NCBI RefSeq assembly: GCF_018350175.1
Contig: NC_058368.1
Coordinates: forward strand, 181,724,001 to 181,788,000
Direction of reading: 5' to 3'
From: Felis catus
Taxonomy: Eukaryota
Length of the DNA stretch: 64,000 nt
Shown: one piece after another, positions 26,801 to 38,559 of the stretch
How the letters are laid out: the number at the start of each line of letters is the position of its first letter
How positions within the stretch are numbered: the first letter of the stretch is position 1
Notes under the pieces: generated by a model
Database searches by the model: none
What the model was told of the DNA's origin: nothing
The model's input: only the letters and a program-made list of their open reading frames with translations
Program-made: the position numbers and the translations under genes

Positions 26801-28461
26801 TGAGTATCAGTTAAATCCTAAGCAATAATAAAAATGACATTTAAACATAAGCTTTTCCCAAAAGAATCCTCTGTAGAATTGTCCTCTCTAAAGATTTAAA
26901 ATCAGTATGTTATTGTTAGTATCGGTCTGATCTTCATCATATGAATTCTATTCTCCAATGTTAACCCTTGCCTCCTTCAATGGAAGTTTGGGGGAACCTA
27001 AATAAACAAAAGAAATGATTTATTCTTTTGAACCAAATTCATAAATAAGTCCTTTATTTTACAGAGTCCACAACTCCCTTTTATAGAACTTAAAAAACAA
27101 GCACTTTACCAAGGCCATATGAACAGAAATGGATCATAGAAAATTTCTGATATTTTTTTTTTTAACAGGCTTGAGCCTATCTAGTTAAATCATTTAGTCA
27201 TCAGAACAATTAAGCAGAATGTCTTCTGGAAAGCCGAGTTCCAAACTTTTACAGATCTGCATCACATTTCAGAAATCACCAACTAATACAATAATAAGGA
27301 CAGCCAAACTGAGAAATCTAGCATCCTGTTTGTATTACAATAACCTGCGGCTGAACTACATTAATGAAAGGGGGAGCTTGGGGGGGGGGAGTCTTCACAG
27401 GTGATCTAAATAAATAGCAAGAAGCACAAAGCCTCCTCCAGAAGGACTGCAGCCAAGGCCAGAGAAGTGGCAACTTCTAAAGAAATCACCACTCTCCTCC
27501 CAAACCAAGTACTCACACTTTCCCCAGACAGATGCGGTATCGTTAGCACCCATCACCAATATTCTGGTGGGAGCCACAGAGCAGTGATGAGATGAGGAAC
27601 ACAGGAAAACTGTTCCACCAGAGTCAAAGTTCAATTCATATTGTCCAGGGAGAGGCGTGGGGAGTCTTTACTTGGGAAAATAGATTTCATTTTAACATAC
27701 AACTGTATTATTCACTCTCTAGATCTATTCACTAAACTTAGATGAAAAGAGTTGAAACGCCCGCTCTCTTTTCATGCACACTGCTGCCGAACAGCACAGA
27801 ACTGTACGTTTTTTTTTTTCCCCTGATAATCCTTTCGGTCTAAAAGGCTTCTAATTCTACATTTAGTGGGGGTGGGCCAATTAAAGTCCTTCAGCAAAAA
27901 TGAAGGAACTTTATTTACAAACTATTTCTCAAGGTGTGCCATTTTTTTCTTAATAAGAATTCAGAAGAAAAGGTTGCAATATTTCAAGTGCAAAATCACA
28001 CTGTAGTACATAGTATACTAAATAGACTGGGGCACTGAGTAACATGAATTTTAGAGAAAAGATTTTATACCTCTTCAACTTTATGAAATCTTTCAGAAAC
28101 AAGAGTAGGGTACTCTTAACACAGCTAAAATTATTACCTTAAGTAAAAAAAAAGTATTTTATATTCGTTAGGTAGAGAAAATAATCCAAATGAATTAAAA
28201 AAAATATGTTACCAATACAACAAAGTTTTGAACAATGTGAATGTTCCTTTTATAAACAAAATAGGAACGTAGCACAAAGAGATACTTTGAAACAGCTACT
28301 ATTTGCTCTCACCACAAAAGACTTCTAAGATTTCTGTTGGGTTCACAAATTTTAAATGAGGTATTATCTAATTAGATACTATATCACATTTTATGAAACA
28401 CTGCTATGTCCCTTTCCATTTGGAACATATCAAAAGACACCCACCTGCCTTCTAGCCCCCT

Positions 28462-28463
<2 letters not shown>

Positions 28464-28518
<55 letters not shown>
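28464..28518. repeat. poly(A) 55-mer followed by a degenerate (CAA/CAAA) tail
   Basis: 55 consecutive A counted. Confidence 0.95.
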
Positions 28519-28519
<1 letters not shown>

Positions 28520-31500
28520 AACAACAAACAAAACACAAAAAAACGTTCTTGCCATCTCCCCTGAAGGTTGTCAATTTGGTGTGTGCACTGTAAGGGCAGA
28601 ATGGAGGTTTCTGACCATGAGTAGATCAGCACTACTAACAACAAAACTTTTGCTTTACCCAAAGTGATGAGAGACAAAACATATACTTTTTCACATAGCC
28701 CCATTTGAGGTAGTAGCTTGATGTAAGTTTTGTCTCTTTAAATCTGACTTTGAATTTAAGTTTGAGTTCTTAAGTAGGGAGGGATAAAGGCCCTTGCCAA
28801 TGACCTTGACCGTATTTCACCAAAAATCACTTCTCAAAATTAGTCTACAGAGAATAGAAAACAAAGGAAAAGCGTGCCAATACAGGTTTTCCTTAAGAAC
28901 ACACAAGTAGTTCGAAGTTCCATTCAATTACACAATGAAAAGGATAGCAATTACTTTTAAGAAACATTCAGTAGCTCTAGCATAATAAACACCTCATACA
29001 TGCAGAGAAACCTCCACTCTTATCAAAATGAAAATAGGAACCCTAATAATAGAGGCAAATGTGACTGTCAAGTTCCATAAGCCAACAGTCTCTTTCTATA
29101 TATAGCCTTCTCCCCCAAACTAAGTTACCTTCTCCCCATGATGTTTGGAAATGCAGAAATTCAACACAAACACCAACTGAAAGTAAACTCGCTCATTTAT
29201 CAACAAGCATGATAAAAATATGGAATTACTCTGATACATAACCTGAGATCAATACAAGGCACAGAAAATTAAAATGAGCTTAGTTAAGATTCAATGGAAA
29301 ATGTAATAATAACAATAATAATAAAACCACTGACAGGCCACAAACACTATACCACACAGACCCATAGAAGAGTAATTACAAATCCCACTGGTTGAACAGT
29401 CATCTAACCAGGCACTACACCCAAAATGTAGGTATGTTTAATATTTTAACATAAATTCTCCAAGCTTATCAGAAGTTGCCAGGAAACTGGAAGCACAAAG
29501 AGGGGTGGGTGGGTAAAAACCCACCTCAGTAGGAAAGAGTATGTTCGTTAAATCAATGAACTCTCTCGGTCTTCCCAGCTAGTAAAGATGCTGGTGCTGA
29601 AGCTAACTGTGATGTTTCCTAAGTGAATTCATGCTCTGAATACATTACATAACAATTAGAAATCTTGCCCCATAGGCCACATAAAATGAGTCCTTAGCCT
29701 GGGCAGTTAGGTGTTTGTGCCCATGTGTGTAGAATATGCCAAAGAAATAATACAGCTGCTCAGCATGGGGCAAACTGCTCTCTGGTTTGGGTCCTAGAAT
29801 GAGAAAATCATGATGCTTTAGAAGACTTGGCTACTCAGGATCATAGTTTACTATATGTATTCATTTTTCTTTGGTACCCAGACAAAACAAATGCTCACTC
29901 AAAGACAGCTGTGATGCTAATTAATGGAAGTTGAGTCCTCCCCCCTCTTCCCAAAACTTGATCAAAATGGTAAATTCAAGCGAGGGTCCTTGAAAATATT
30001 TTAAAATAGCAATTTTGCCATCTCAAAGGACCTATGAGTAAGCTGAGCTTTCATTCTAAATAAAATGCCTTATTACCATCAGCAAACTACAAAAGTAGAA
30101 ATAAGCTTTAGATCTCAGGAATCCTGTCCACAGTTTCAAGAAAAGCCTTTGTCAACACAGGCAACCCAGAACAGGTGAATTTGCATGGTGTCTTGGATTT
30201 CCTCTATGAAAAAGAGGGTCTGACCAGTTGAGTGAATTTACACTTTGTTTTTGTTCTTCAGTCCTGAACAGGCTGCATGCACTGTTTTATGCTGTTCTTC
30301 CAACAGCAGCTAAGTTTACATTAAAACAAAGTTTAACAGTATTACTGCAAACATATTCTTTGTACACAGGTAACCCGCTGTTCCATGATGTGGCAACCAC
30401 AAAGCAGAAACAGGCTTCCTTAAATAACAGTACTTTCCCTTTATAAAATCTGTGAGCCTCAGAGTACCCCTGAACTGGATATTCTCATCTCAGTCTAGAG
30501 TTCAGAGCTCCTCAAGATAATAATATACATATCAAAAATACAACCTGCTCTATCCCAGACTTCCCTCCCTACATTTATGTTGTCATTATTGTAGCTCATT
30601 TTCCCATGGCTTAGCAGAAATTTTACAACTATAAACTGATTTCTTTTTAAACTGCTGATTTGCCTTTACTTACTGACCCATCAGTTTCTCTACTGAACTG
30701 CAACTGAAAACTTAGGGGGGGGGAAAGAGCAAAACAAATTAAACATGGTAACAGCTAAGAACCCTCCAAAGAACTTAAATGATAGCAACACATTAAAGAA
30801 CTGTTGTATATTAATTTTTAAATAATATTTAAAACAGATCCTGGAAGCAAGAGTTACAGAGTCAGTTCTATTTTTAAGAAAAGAGTTAGAGTTCAATTTG
30901 CATGCATTATGCTGGCTATTTTAAATAATTTTATTCCATGTGTATGGTAGAAACTGCCCTTCCCCTCCCCAATTGACATGATGCCACTTCAAGTAAGATC
31001 TAAGAGAGGGCTGGTTTGGCGTTAGATACTGCTATACACATCTCACAATTTTGAATAAAACCATACCAGCAATCTCTCTTCTTCTCCACAGCCCTAAATT
31101 TATTATTAAGTAAATTTAGCAATAGCTCAATCACTGGAGAACAGGACAGTATGTGATACACTAAACCACTTATATGTTTATTATCTTCGCAAGCAACATT
31201 AAGTAGTGGTGTCTATTGCCTCCTGAAAATCTGCACCAATGTGATGCAAACCAGCATTTTTAAGAAATTCTCTTTTGGAATGCAAATGATCCTTCCCCCA
31301 ATTTTGAATATTTTAGCCAGCATGTACCATACAGTAGTTCTGGAATCACTGGCATCTGTCATGCTGTCAAAACTGAGTCAAAATGCATTGTAATCCTGGA
31401 GAAGGATAACCTTAAACATCAATGCAACGTTAAAATGCATCCTAAAAAAAAATCCCTATAATTGCGATGAACATTAGAGAGAAACCGGCAGTCCTTCTGC

Positions 31501-32091
31501 AGAGAAATAACAGTCTGCTCTACCAATCCTTCCCCTCCCCCCTGAAACTCATGCAACTAATGATGACCTCCCGAAGTGCCGATTTTAAATGTTCCAGCAT
31601 TCATCTGAGGATGAAGGAGAAAAAAAAAATACACAGAAAACCACGAAACAAGTTGCAAACTGCACAAACGCAAGGAGAGAGAGAAAAGAGAACTGCAGCT
31701 GATTCAGGAGCGATTGCAGAATGAGGAGCAACAGAAAGGAAACAAGGAAGAAAGAAAAGGGGGGAAAAAGCCTTCAGCATTAAAGAGTAAGAAGTGAAAA
31801 ACATTTACCAGCGGCTCGGTCAGTAGCTTCGCTCCCTGACACCATCTACATAGAGAGATAACTTAGCCTAGAGTCTTCGGTCCCAGCTCGCTTTGGAGCA
31901 AAATTCCTTCACTTCGAGGGGGCAACACACACCCTCAGGAAAGAGGGAAAGAAGGGGAAAAATAATCCCAAAGACCAAGACAGGCTTTCCCCCTCCTCCC
32001 TCTTACCCGCCCCCCGGACTCCCCAAACGGTGCTCGCTTCTGCACAGTTCTTCCCGCTGTGCAGCTAAGCTGCTGCTGCCGCTGCCGCCTC

Positions 32092-32092
<1 letters not shown>

Positions 32093-32122
<30 letters not shown>
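32093..32122 (-). repeat. (GCT)10 / (AGC)10 trinucleotide repeat in the probable first exon
   Basis: Direct count; adjacent degenerate GCT/GCC run at 32069-32089. Confidence 0.95.
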
Positions 32123-32295
32123 ACTTCGGAAACGATTAGGAGGAGGACGCCCAAGCACGACCTGAGCCTGCGAGCCACCCAGGACCAATGTGCAACCTGC
32201 TCTGGAATCAAACCCATAACACACGCACGCACACCCAGTGGCTCCTGCACGCGAGTCCTTGCGCGCACACACGCTCCCGCCCGCGCGCCGCACAG

Positions 32296-32339
32296 ACACA
32301 CGCGCACACACACATGCACACACGCACGCGCGCGCGCAC
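32296..32339. repeat. 44-bp alternating purine-pyrimidine tract (CA/CG)
   Basis: acacacgcgcacacacacatgcacacacgcacgcgcgcgcgcac. Confidence 0.9.
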
Positions 32340-32442
32340 CGTCGCCCCCCAGCCCCCCGCCTCTACACACACAAACACACACACACGGAGCCGCCGCTCA
32401 CCGCCCGCCAGCCAGCCAGCGCAGCCCCGAATAGGGGGTGTG

Positions 32443-32451
32443 AGCCAATCC
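32443..32451 (+). promoter_or_regulatory. CCAAT box (NF-Y-like)
   Basis: AGCCAATCC just upstream of the estimated minus-strand TSS. Confidence 0.5.
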
Positions 32452-32561
32452 CTGGGCCCCGAGTACGCGCACAGGCCGCGGCCGCCGGGGCTGTAGCTGC
32501 TGGGGCTGCGGAGCACAGGACCAGGGAGGGGTTCACGCCTACGAGAGAGGGGCGTTAAGGG

Positions 32562-32567
32562 CACGTG
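32562..32567. promoter_or_regulatory. CACGTG E-box
   Basis: Palindromic E-box inside the CpG island. Confidence 0.4.
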
Positions 32568-33149
32568 CACCCCTTTGTCTGCAAAGAGAACCCCGACCGG
32601 GCGTTTCCGAGACCAGACACTGAGTGCGCAAACCCCGGGCGGTGCAGAGTTCAGCTCCGCTCTGGGGTTGGCCAGGAGCGGCTCGGTTCCCTGCCTGCAC
32701 GCACCAAGGATTCAGTTCTTCGAAACCTGACGCACCGAAGCTGCACCCGGGTCCCTGCACTCAGGGGGGAATAGCAAGCCGGCGCGTCCTGCGGACGACC
32801 CAAGCCAGCCTTGACTTGCGAGCATGCCCAGTGCTGGGCTGGAACCCAGAACACGCCTTCCAGGGTTAGGAGCGCGGAGAGGGGGCAGAGCCAAGTTGGG
32901 CGGCTTCTTGAGGGAAAAAGCGGAGGTTCCAGTGCCTTTAGTCCCTGCTAACCTGCCTCACCTGGACTGCTCCGTGGCCCTGAACCTGCCCGAGAGGGCG
33001 TGGTGCTGGGAAGCTAGGCATCCAGACCTCAGAGAGGATTTGCTTTTCTTCCCCTCATAAAGGAAATTCCAAAAGGAAGTAATTCCCGGCCCAGGAAAAG
33101 CTCATTCAGTTACAAGGTAGTTGCCAGAAAATCCAGAGGGCCTGTCAGT

Positions 33150-33768
33150 GGTAAGAGTAACGGCTAACACATACTGGTTACTTATCCTGTGCAGGCTCTG
33201 TGCTACCTGATGCCCATGAAATACCTGGTTTTATCCTTCCCAAACACTATATGAGCAACCCTAGGAGGAAACTGAGGTCCCAGTATATTTTACCAACTGC
33301 CAGTGAATGACAACCAGTGGATCCGGGAATCCAAACCTGGTGCTCTGACTCAGACACTGGAGATGGAACACAGTGCACTGATGAGCTGTAGACACTTCCA
33401 GCAAGAGAAAGGGCCGGTGGATGTTTGGGTGATAACACCCTCTGGCTTTCAAGCTGTACCTGGCCTGTCTTCAGCACCCTACAAATCTTTGAAAAGCTGC
33501 ATGCCTGCAATTTGCCATTGTCCAACACAATGGCAAACCCTTTTATTAAGTGTTACATACTTACCAGTATAATCTTTAAAGTAACCTTGTAGGGGTGGCT
33601 GGGTGACTCAGTAGGTTAAGCATTGGACTCTTGGTTTCTGCTCAGGTCATGATCTCAGGGTTGTTGGGTTTGAGCCCAGTATTGGGCTCTGCACTGACAA
33701 TGCAGAGCCTGCTTAGGATTCTCTCTCTCCTCCTCTCTGTCTCTGCCCCTCCCCCACTCAAGTGCATG

Positions 33769-33799
<31 letters not shown>

Positions 33800-33950
33800 A
33801 AAATAAATAAGTAAACTTCAAAATAACACTGTAAAGAAGCTATGCTTATTCTCATTTTACAGGAGGAAACGGAAACAGAGATGTCCTGTTACTTCCCCAA
33901 GGTGAAAGGGTCTGAATGATGGGGTGTAGTTTGTTTGACTCCAAGCTACA
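33150..33950 (-). mobile_element. MIR fragments (one interrupted by a CAN-SINE)
   Basis: 'gaggaaactgagg', 'ctcattttacaggaggaaacggaaacagaga...acttccccaaggt'. Confidence 0.6.
33592..33820 (+). mobile_element. CAN-SINE
   Basis: Typical structure with (CT)n; degenerate TSD aaagtaaccttgta / aaataacactgta. Confidence 0.95.
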
Positions 33951-34029
33951 TGTTGTCTTTACTAAATTATGTGTCTTCCTTAACTGCAATCCAAATAAAG
34001 CCATGAGATGAGGGCATAGCAGTTACTTT

Positions 34030-34535
34030 TTATTTCATTCAACAAACATGTATTGATTTCCTACTAACATCCACTTGTTCAACAAATATTTATATTTACT
34101 AAGCATTTACTTCCTTCAAGGCGCTGTCTTAGAGGTGACAGAAGATGACAAAGACACATGCCAGTATTCTGAGTTTAGAGTCTAGCAAGATGATGCTCAT
34201 ATGCTAATGATGCTGAGTGAGAGCTTCCCAGGAAGATAGCTTCCTTCCACATTCATGTAACAAACTCCTACTTGTCCTTCAGCTCTCTGTTCCACTGTCA
34301 CCTCTTCAGGGAAGCCATCTGTGACCTTTCTGGTTGAGTCAAATCCCCCTTACCATGGGCTTTCATGGCATCATGGCATCATATAACTCTTTTTTTTTTT
34401 TTTTGCCTTTTGGGCTAGGATTTCGATAGTATATGTCTCCTCAGTGCAGTCAACCCCCTAGACTGTAACCTCCAAGAGGACGGAAATTTGTCTATTGTAT
34501 TTCCCATAAACCTTATAGAGCCTGGCAGATGCTAA
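34030..34535. mobile_element. L2 fragments (both orientations)
   Basis: 'ttcattcaacaaacatgtattga', 'gtcacctcttcagggaagcc', 'ctagactgtaacctccaagagg'. Confidence 0.55.
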
Positions 34536-34579
34536 ACTTTCTCTTGATCCATCTCCTTCTTTCATACACATATATACAT

Positions 34580-34580
<1 letters not shown>

Positions 34581-34620
<40 letters not shown>
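34581..34620. repeat. (CA)20 microsatellite
   Basis: Direct count. Confidence 0.95.
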
Positions 34621-34627
<7 letters not shown>

Positions 34628-34669
34628 CTTGGAATAGGAATAATGATTCTTAGGGTAGGAACTGTTTTC

Positions 34670-35205
34670 CTTTCCATTTAACAGACGAGTCAAAATGAGG
34701 CTGACAGAGGTTAAGTAGCTTGCCCAAGGTCACACATCTGAATAAGTGGCAGAGAAGGACTCCAACACAGGTCTGTCTGACTGAAGTCCACAGCCCAGAC
34801 CTCAGGCTCTACTGCTTGTCTAGTGTTATCCAGCAGCCACAGACCACATGAAAGCAGCTCATGGGAAATAAAGTAGACAGATTGCTGGGGATGGCATGAA
34901 GGAAGATACAGACAATTCAAAATTGCAAAAACAGGGAAGGCATACACTAGGATTTCGTAACCTACTACTGAGCACCCTCTCCCCCATATGTCACGCACCT
35001 TGCTCAGAACTTTTCTTATGTTAACTTTAACAACACTTACTCTGGCAAAGTGTTGTTATTCCCATTTTGCAGATAAGGAAACTAAGCCCCTCCCAATAAA
35101 AACAAATCCACCTGACTGTAAACTACAGGGACAAAGTTATATACCCATTTTTTATTTTACGTTTTATTCAATAGTACCTGGCAGACATTAAACTCCCTCT
35201 CTCTT

Positions 35206-35253
<48 letters not shown>

Positions 35254-35560
35254 GCAACTTGCGCAATGTCTTATGGCTAGAAAGTCACAGAGCTAGGATT
35301 TTAACCTAGGTTGACTTAAGAAATTCAGGGGAAATTAGGATTGGGGTGGTCACTGGGGGATTCACAGTTGAGCCATGCTACAGTGCTGGAGGCTTTATCT
35401 GGAACTGTCCAAAGGGAGAGCCACTGCTGTGCCTTTTCTATCTCTCATCAAATATTACAAGGATTATGAGATTCAGAGACTGAAAGTTACTTGCTCAAGG
35501 TCACAGCTAGTGTCATAATGCAGAGGTAGATTTTAAACCCAGGACTTCCTCACTGCAAAC
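34670..35560 (-). mobile_element. cluster of MIR fragments
   Basis: 'agaggttaagtagcttgcccaaggtcacaca', 'cccattttgcagataaggaaactaag', 'acttgctcaaggtcacagctagt'. Confidence 0.7.
35207..35252. repeat. (CA)23 microsatellite
   Basis: Direct count. Confidence 0.95.
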
Positions 35561-36649
35561 TCATGGTATAGAATGTCATGAGTGGCAGACAAGAGTATCC
35601 AAGATCTTCAGAGGTTTCTGGCTGGGGGGACCAGGGAAGTCCTCACTCAGCAAGGAGCTGCTGCAGTGAAACCAGCAAAGCTATGGCGCCACCCTTCCTA
35701 CCTGTTACCATTCCTCTGGGCTCCACCTCCCTTCAGGCCCCTGTTCCTCTGCCTGTTCAGGCCTCATCTTGAACCCAATGCCTCAGCCTGCCTGCCTGCT
35801 AATTTTCAGCAGCAGCAGTGGTTATAAACCAGAGCAAAGTAGAAACTGCATTTTGTACAATTCTGCTTTCAGACTACTGGGCATGCTCAGTGACAAGGAG
35901 AGACTTTGATTACAAATAGGAAGCTTTTGTTAACTATTTTTCCATTTTGGAGTATTACTGCAAAATGGGATGTCTGTAGGTAGCCTTCTGCAGAGATTCC
36001 CAGCCTATGAGAATTCTTAGTAGTCTTGAAGAATGAGATGCTTAGATATGGAAAAATATCTCAATTCCATGCATTTTCTACCCTGTTTCTAGTATTCATC
36101 TCTCTGTTCTGTCCTCTCTGTAGGTGCACACAAAAAACATCCAGAAATTGTACTCATCTATTTACATACCTGGCAGCTATAGACACATACACCAGCTGTA
36201 ACTACACACCAGTCCTTGACTATGGATTTGTCTCCTGTATTTGTTTGGCTATTAACTTGCCCTGCACTGAAATCTGATGAATAAAATGAGTGAGGGATTG
36301 TTAAGAAGATGTTAAATACTACCCCCTCCTTCCTTCACTCTAAGAATAAATTTATTCCCTAGAGAATGTTTCAGGAGGCAGAAAGCTCTCTGGGATTCTC
36401 CGTAACCCCTTCCTACATATACATTAGTTTGATTTTTCTCATGAGAGCAGCAGAATCTTGAACTCGTGATGAGAATAACCCATTAAGAAAGTCATGAAGG
36501 GCAATCTTCAAGGAAAACTGTGCTGAAAACTTGGAATGTTGGCGGACGTTCTACTCTGGCCCTGGGATGTGAACTTGAAAGCTTTTTGAGAAGTCCCCTA
36601 ATAATTGAAATGTTGACTGCTTTCATGGAGATTGCTGCTGTTATCGCCC

Positions 36650-36810
36650 ATCGCAATTCTCTGAGGAAGGTACAGTCATGATTCCCATTTTATAGATGAA
36701 GAAACAGAAGCTCTTGAAAGGCAAGCCACTTACAGCAAAGGCATACAACCAGGGAGTAATAGGGCTAGGGTGCAAGTCCAGGTCTGTCTGATGCCAAAAC
36801 CTGTGTGGTG
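36650..36810 (-). mobile_element. MIR fragment
   Basis: 'cccattttatagatgaagaaacagaagctc...ccaggtctgtctgatgccaaa'. Confidence 0.7.
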
Positions 36811-38034
36811 AACTCTACATTCTGCTGCCTTGAACTTCTGACATTCCTCTGCACATGGAACTGGAAGTGGGGAGAGGTGGGGTGAGGGAGGAGGCTTCTT
36901 TGCACTTGGTGTGCACAACACTCCGTGCATAGTGATACTGCTATCCTCCTAGGAAACTAAACTCATGTAAGACAGCCTTTCTAAAGGAACATGATTTAGT
37001 TTATTCTGCAAATTGGAAAAGTGATGCCTATGGAGCCTAGTGGGGGAACCCATCCAAAAGGGTGTCATTGGAGCTATGGATTCTGCGTCTCCTTTGATAT
37101 GCCTTATTCCTTTTGCTGGTAAGTAGCACTGCAAGGAACTTGTCAACCATTTCCCAGATCATTCTCTCTCAACACATATTCCCTTCGATTTCCTAGAAAC
37201 CTTTACAGGGTATACACTTTGGAAGAGTCTTACTTTCTTAAAGATGGGAAACTTAGAAGGAGAGACAAAATGCGCATTTTAAAATCACTGCAGTTTGCCA
37301 TGTTTGTTTCCAGGATCTGTCAACATCCTTTTGAAGATTCAGTCGAAGCTATGATTTTCTGCTTTTAAGAGAGGACAGGAAAGACCCTTCAAAATGTGAT
37401 CTCAACCAGCTAGATTAAGCTCGTGCCGAGTAGTTCACACATGTGCCAGCATTTGCATTTTTGCATAAGATCTTCTATAGAAAAGGATAAGGAATGGTAG
37501 TCTTGGTTCTGTAACTTAAGTGTGGAGATTGCATCTTGTAGAGTAATCATTCATCTTTCCAGAAGTCAGTCAGATAAAAAGAAATGATGTCTGAACAGCT
37601 CACATAGATGGAATAGCATTGGAATTTCAATCCTGAAAACCCCTCACACAGTTGCTCAGAGCCGATGTGCTTGAGTTTTATGTAGTATTCTAACAGGTCT
37701 GGATTTACAAACCCATAGAGAATCAGAAGATAACAGGCAAGCTGCTCTTGTTAGAAAATAATAACGTGAAGCAGAAACTGATAACCAGATAATTAAAAAA
37801 CAGGAGACGAAATGTAAATTTTATATAAAATATGTTGAAGGCTTAATTTAATACATGGGTAAGTCTCCAAATACCCACATTTCAACAGAACTTCGAGTAT
37901 CTTCAGATGACAATAATGTAGACCAGCAAATGTTATTAATGATGTTGATTCTGAATCCATGCTTGATTACTATCTGATGCCAAAAAAGTAAAGGCTAGAG
38001 TTTTCAGCTTATCAGTTTCAAATCTCCATGTTGT

Positions 38035-38304
38035 GGGGGCTCCTGGGTGGCTCAGTCACTTGAGTGTCCGACTCTTGGTTCGGCTCAGGTAATGACCCCA
38101 CTGGGTTCATTAGGTCCTGGGTTCGAACCTCATGTCCCACTCTGTGCTAGCAGTGTGGAGCCTGCTTGGGATTCTCTCTCTCCCTCTCTCTGCCCCTCCC
38201 CACCAGTGTGGTCTCTATCTCTCAAAATAAATAAACATTAAAAAAGAAAAGAAAAGAAAAGAAAAGAAAAGAAAAGAAAAGAAAAGAAAAGAAAAGAAAA
38301 AAAA
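38035..38304 (+). mobile_element. CAN-SINE with (GAAAA)n tail
   Basis: Perfect 12-bp TSD tctccatgttgt (38023-38034, 38309-38320); tail expanded into about 12 GAAAA units. Confidence 0.95.
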
Positions 38305-38559
38305 CGGCTCTCCATGTTGTAGTTCAGAAGTGGCATGTGTTTTTCCTCTCTTGAACGAATGCATTTTGATTCATTTGATTAGCAGTGACTACTGGATGGG
38401 GTCTCAAGAGGGCTTTGGAGGCCACATCCACAGGATCTACATTATGCTGAGTGCTGAGATTGATTAATAATGGCTGTTGCTGATGGAGACACAACAGAGT
38501 GCTGTACATGCCATGCATTTTCCAAACAGAGCCAAACCTCACTTCCCAGATTATGCCCT

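Larger units (their letters stand above)
31809..32390 (-). other. probable first (mostly non-coding) exon of a large minus-strand gene; gene not identified
   Basis: Lies in a CpG island and ends at donor CTG|GTAAAT (GT at 31808-31807), followed by T-rich intron-like sequence. Second donor CGG|GTAAGA (GT at 32006-32005). TSS is an estimate from the CCAAT position. Confidence 0.6.
31990..32900. promoter_or_regulatory. CpG island promoter
   Basis: Abrupt rise in GC and CpG density (cgcg, ccgcgcgccg, gcggccgc) against AT-rich flanks. Confidence 0.9.

Noticed and set aside
28356..28704. Poly-Lys and poly-Phe ORFs
   Set aside because: Artefacts of the A55 tract.
31809..32900. Naming the host gene
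   Set aside because: No recognisable host coding exon is in the window and I could not match the first exon with confidence. BLASTN of 31800-32400 would settle it.
32963..32983. REST/NRSE site (minus strand TTCAGGGCCACGGAGCAGTCC)
   Set aside because: About 14/21 match with changes in both core half-sites. The TTCAGCACC half-sites at about 29592 and 33470 lack the GGACAG half.
31893..33060. Many overlapping ORFs in the CpG island (poly-Ser, Ala, Leu, CVCV, HTHT)
   Set aside because: Expected from high GC and simple repeats; no domain similarity that I can recognise.
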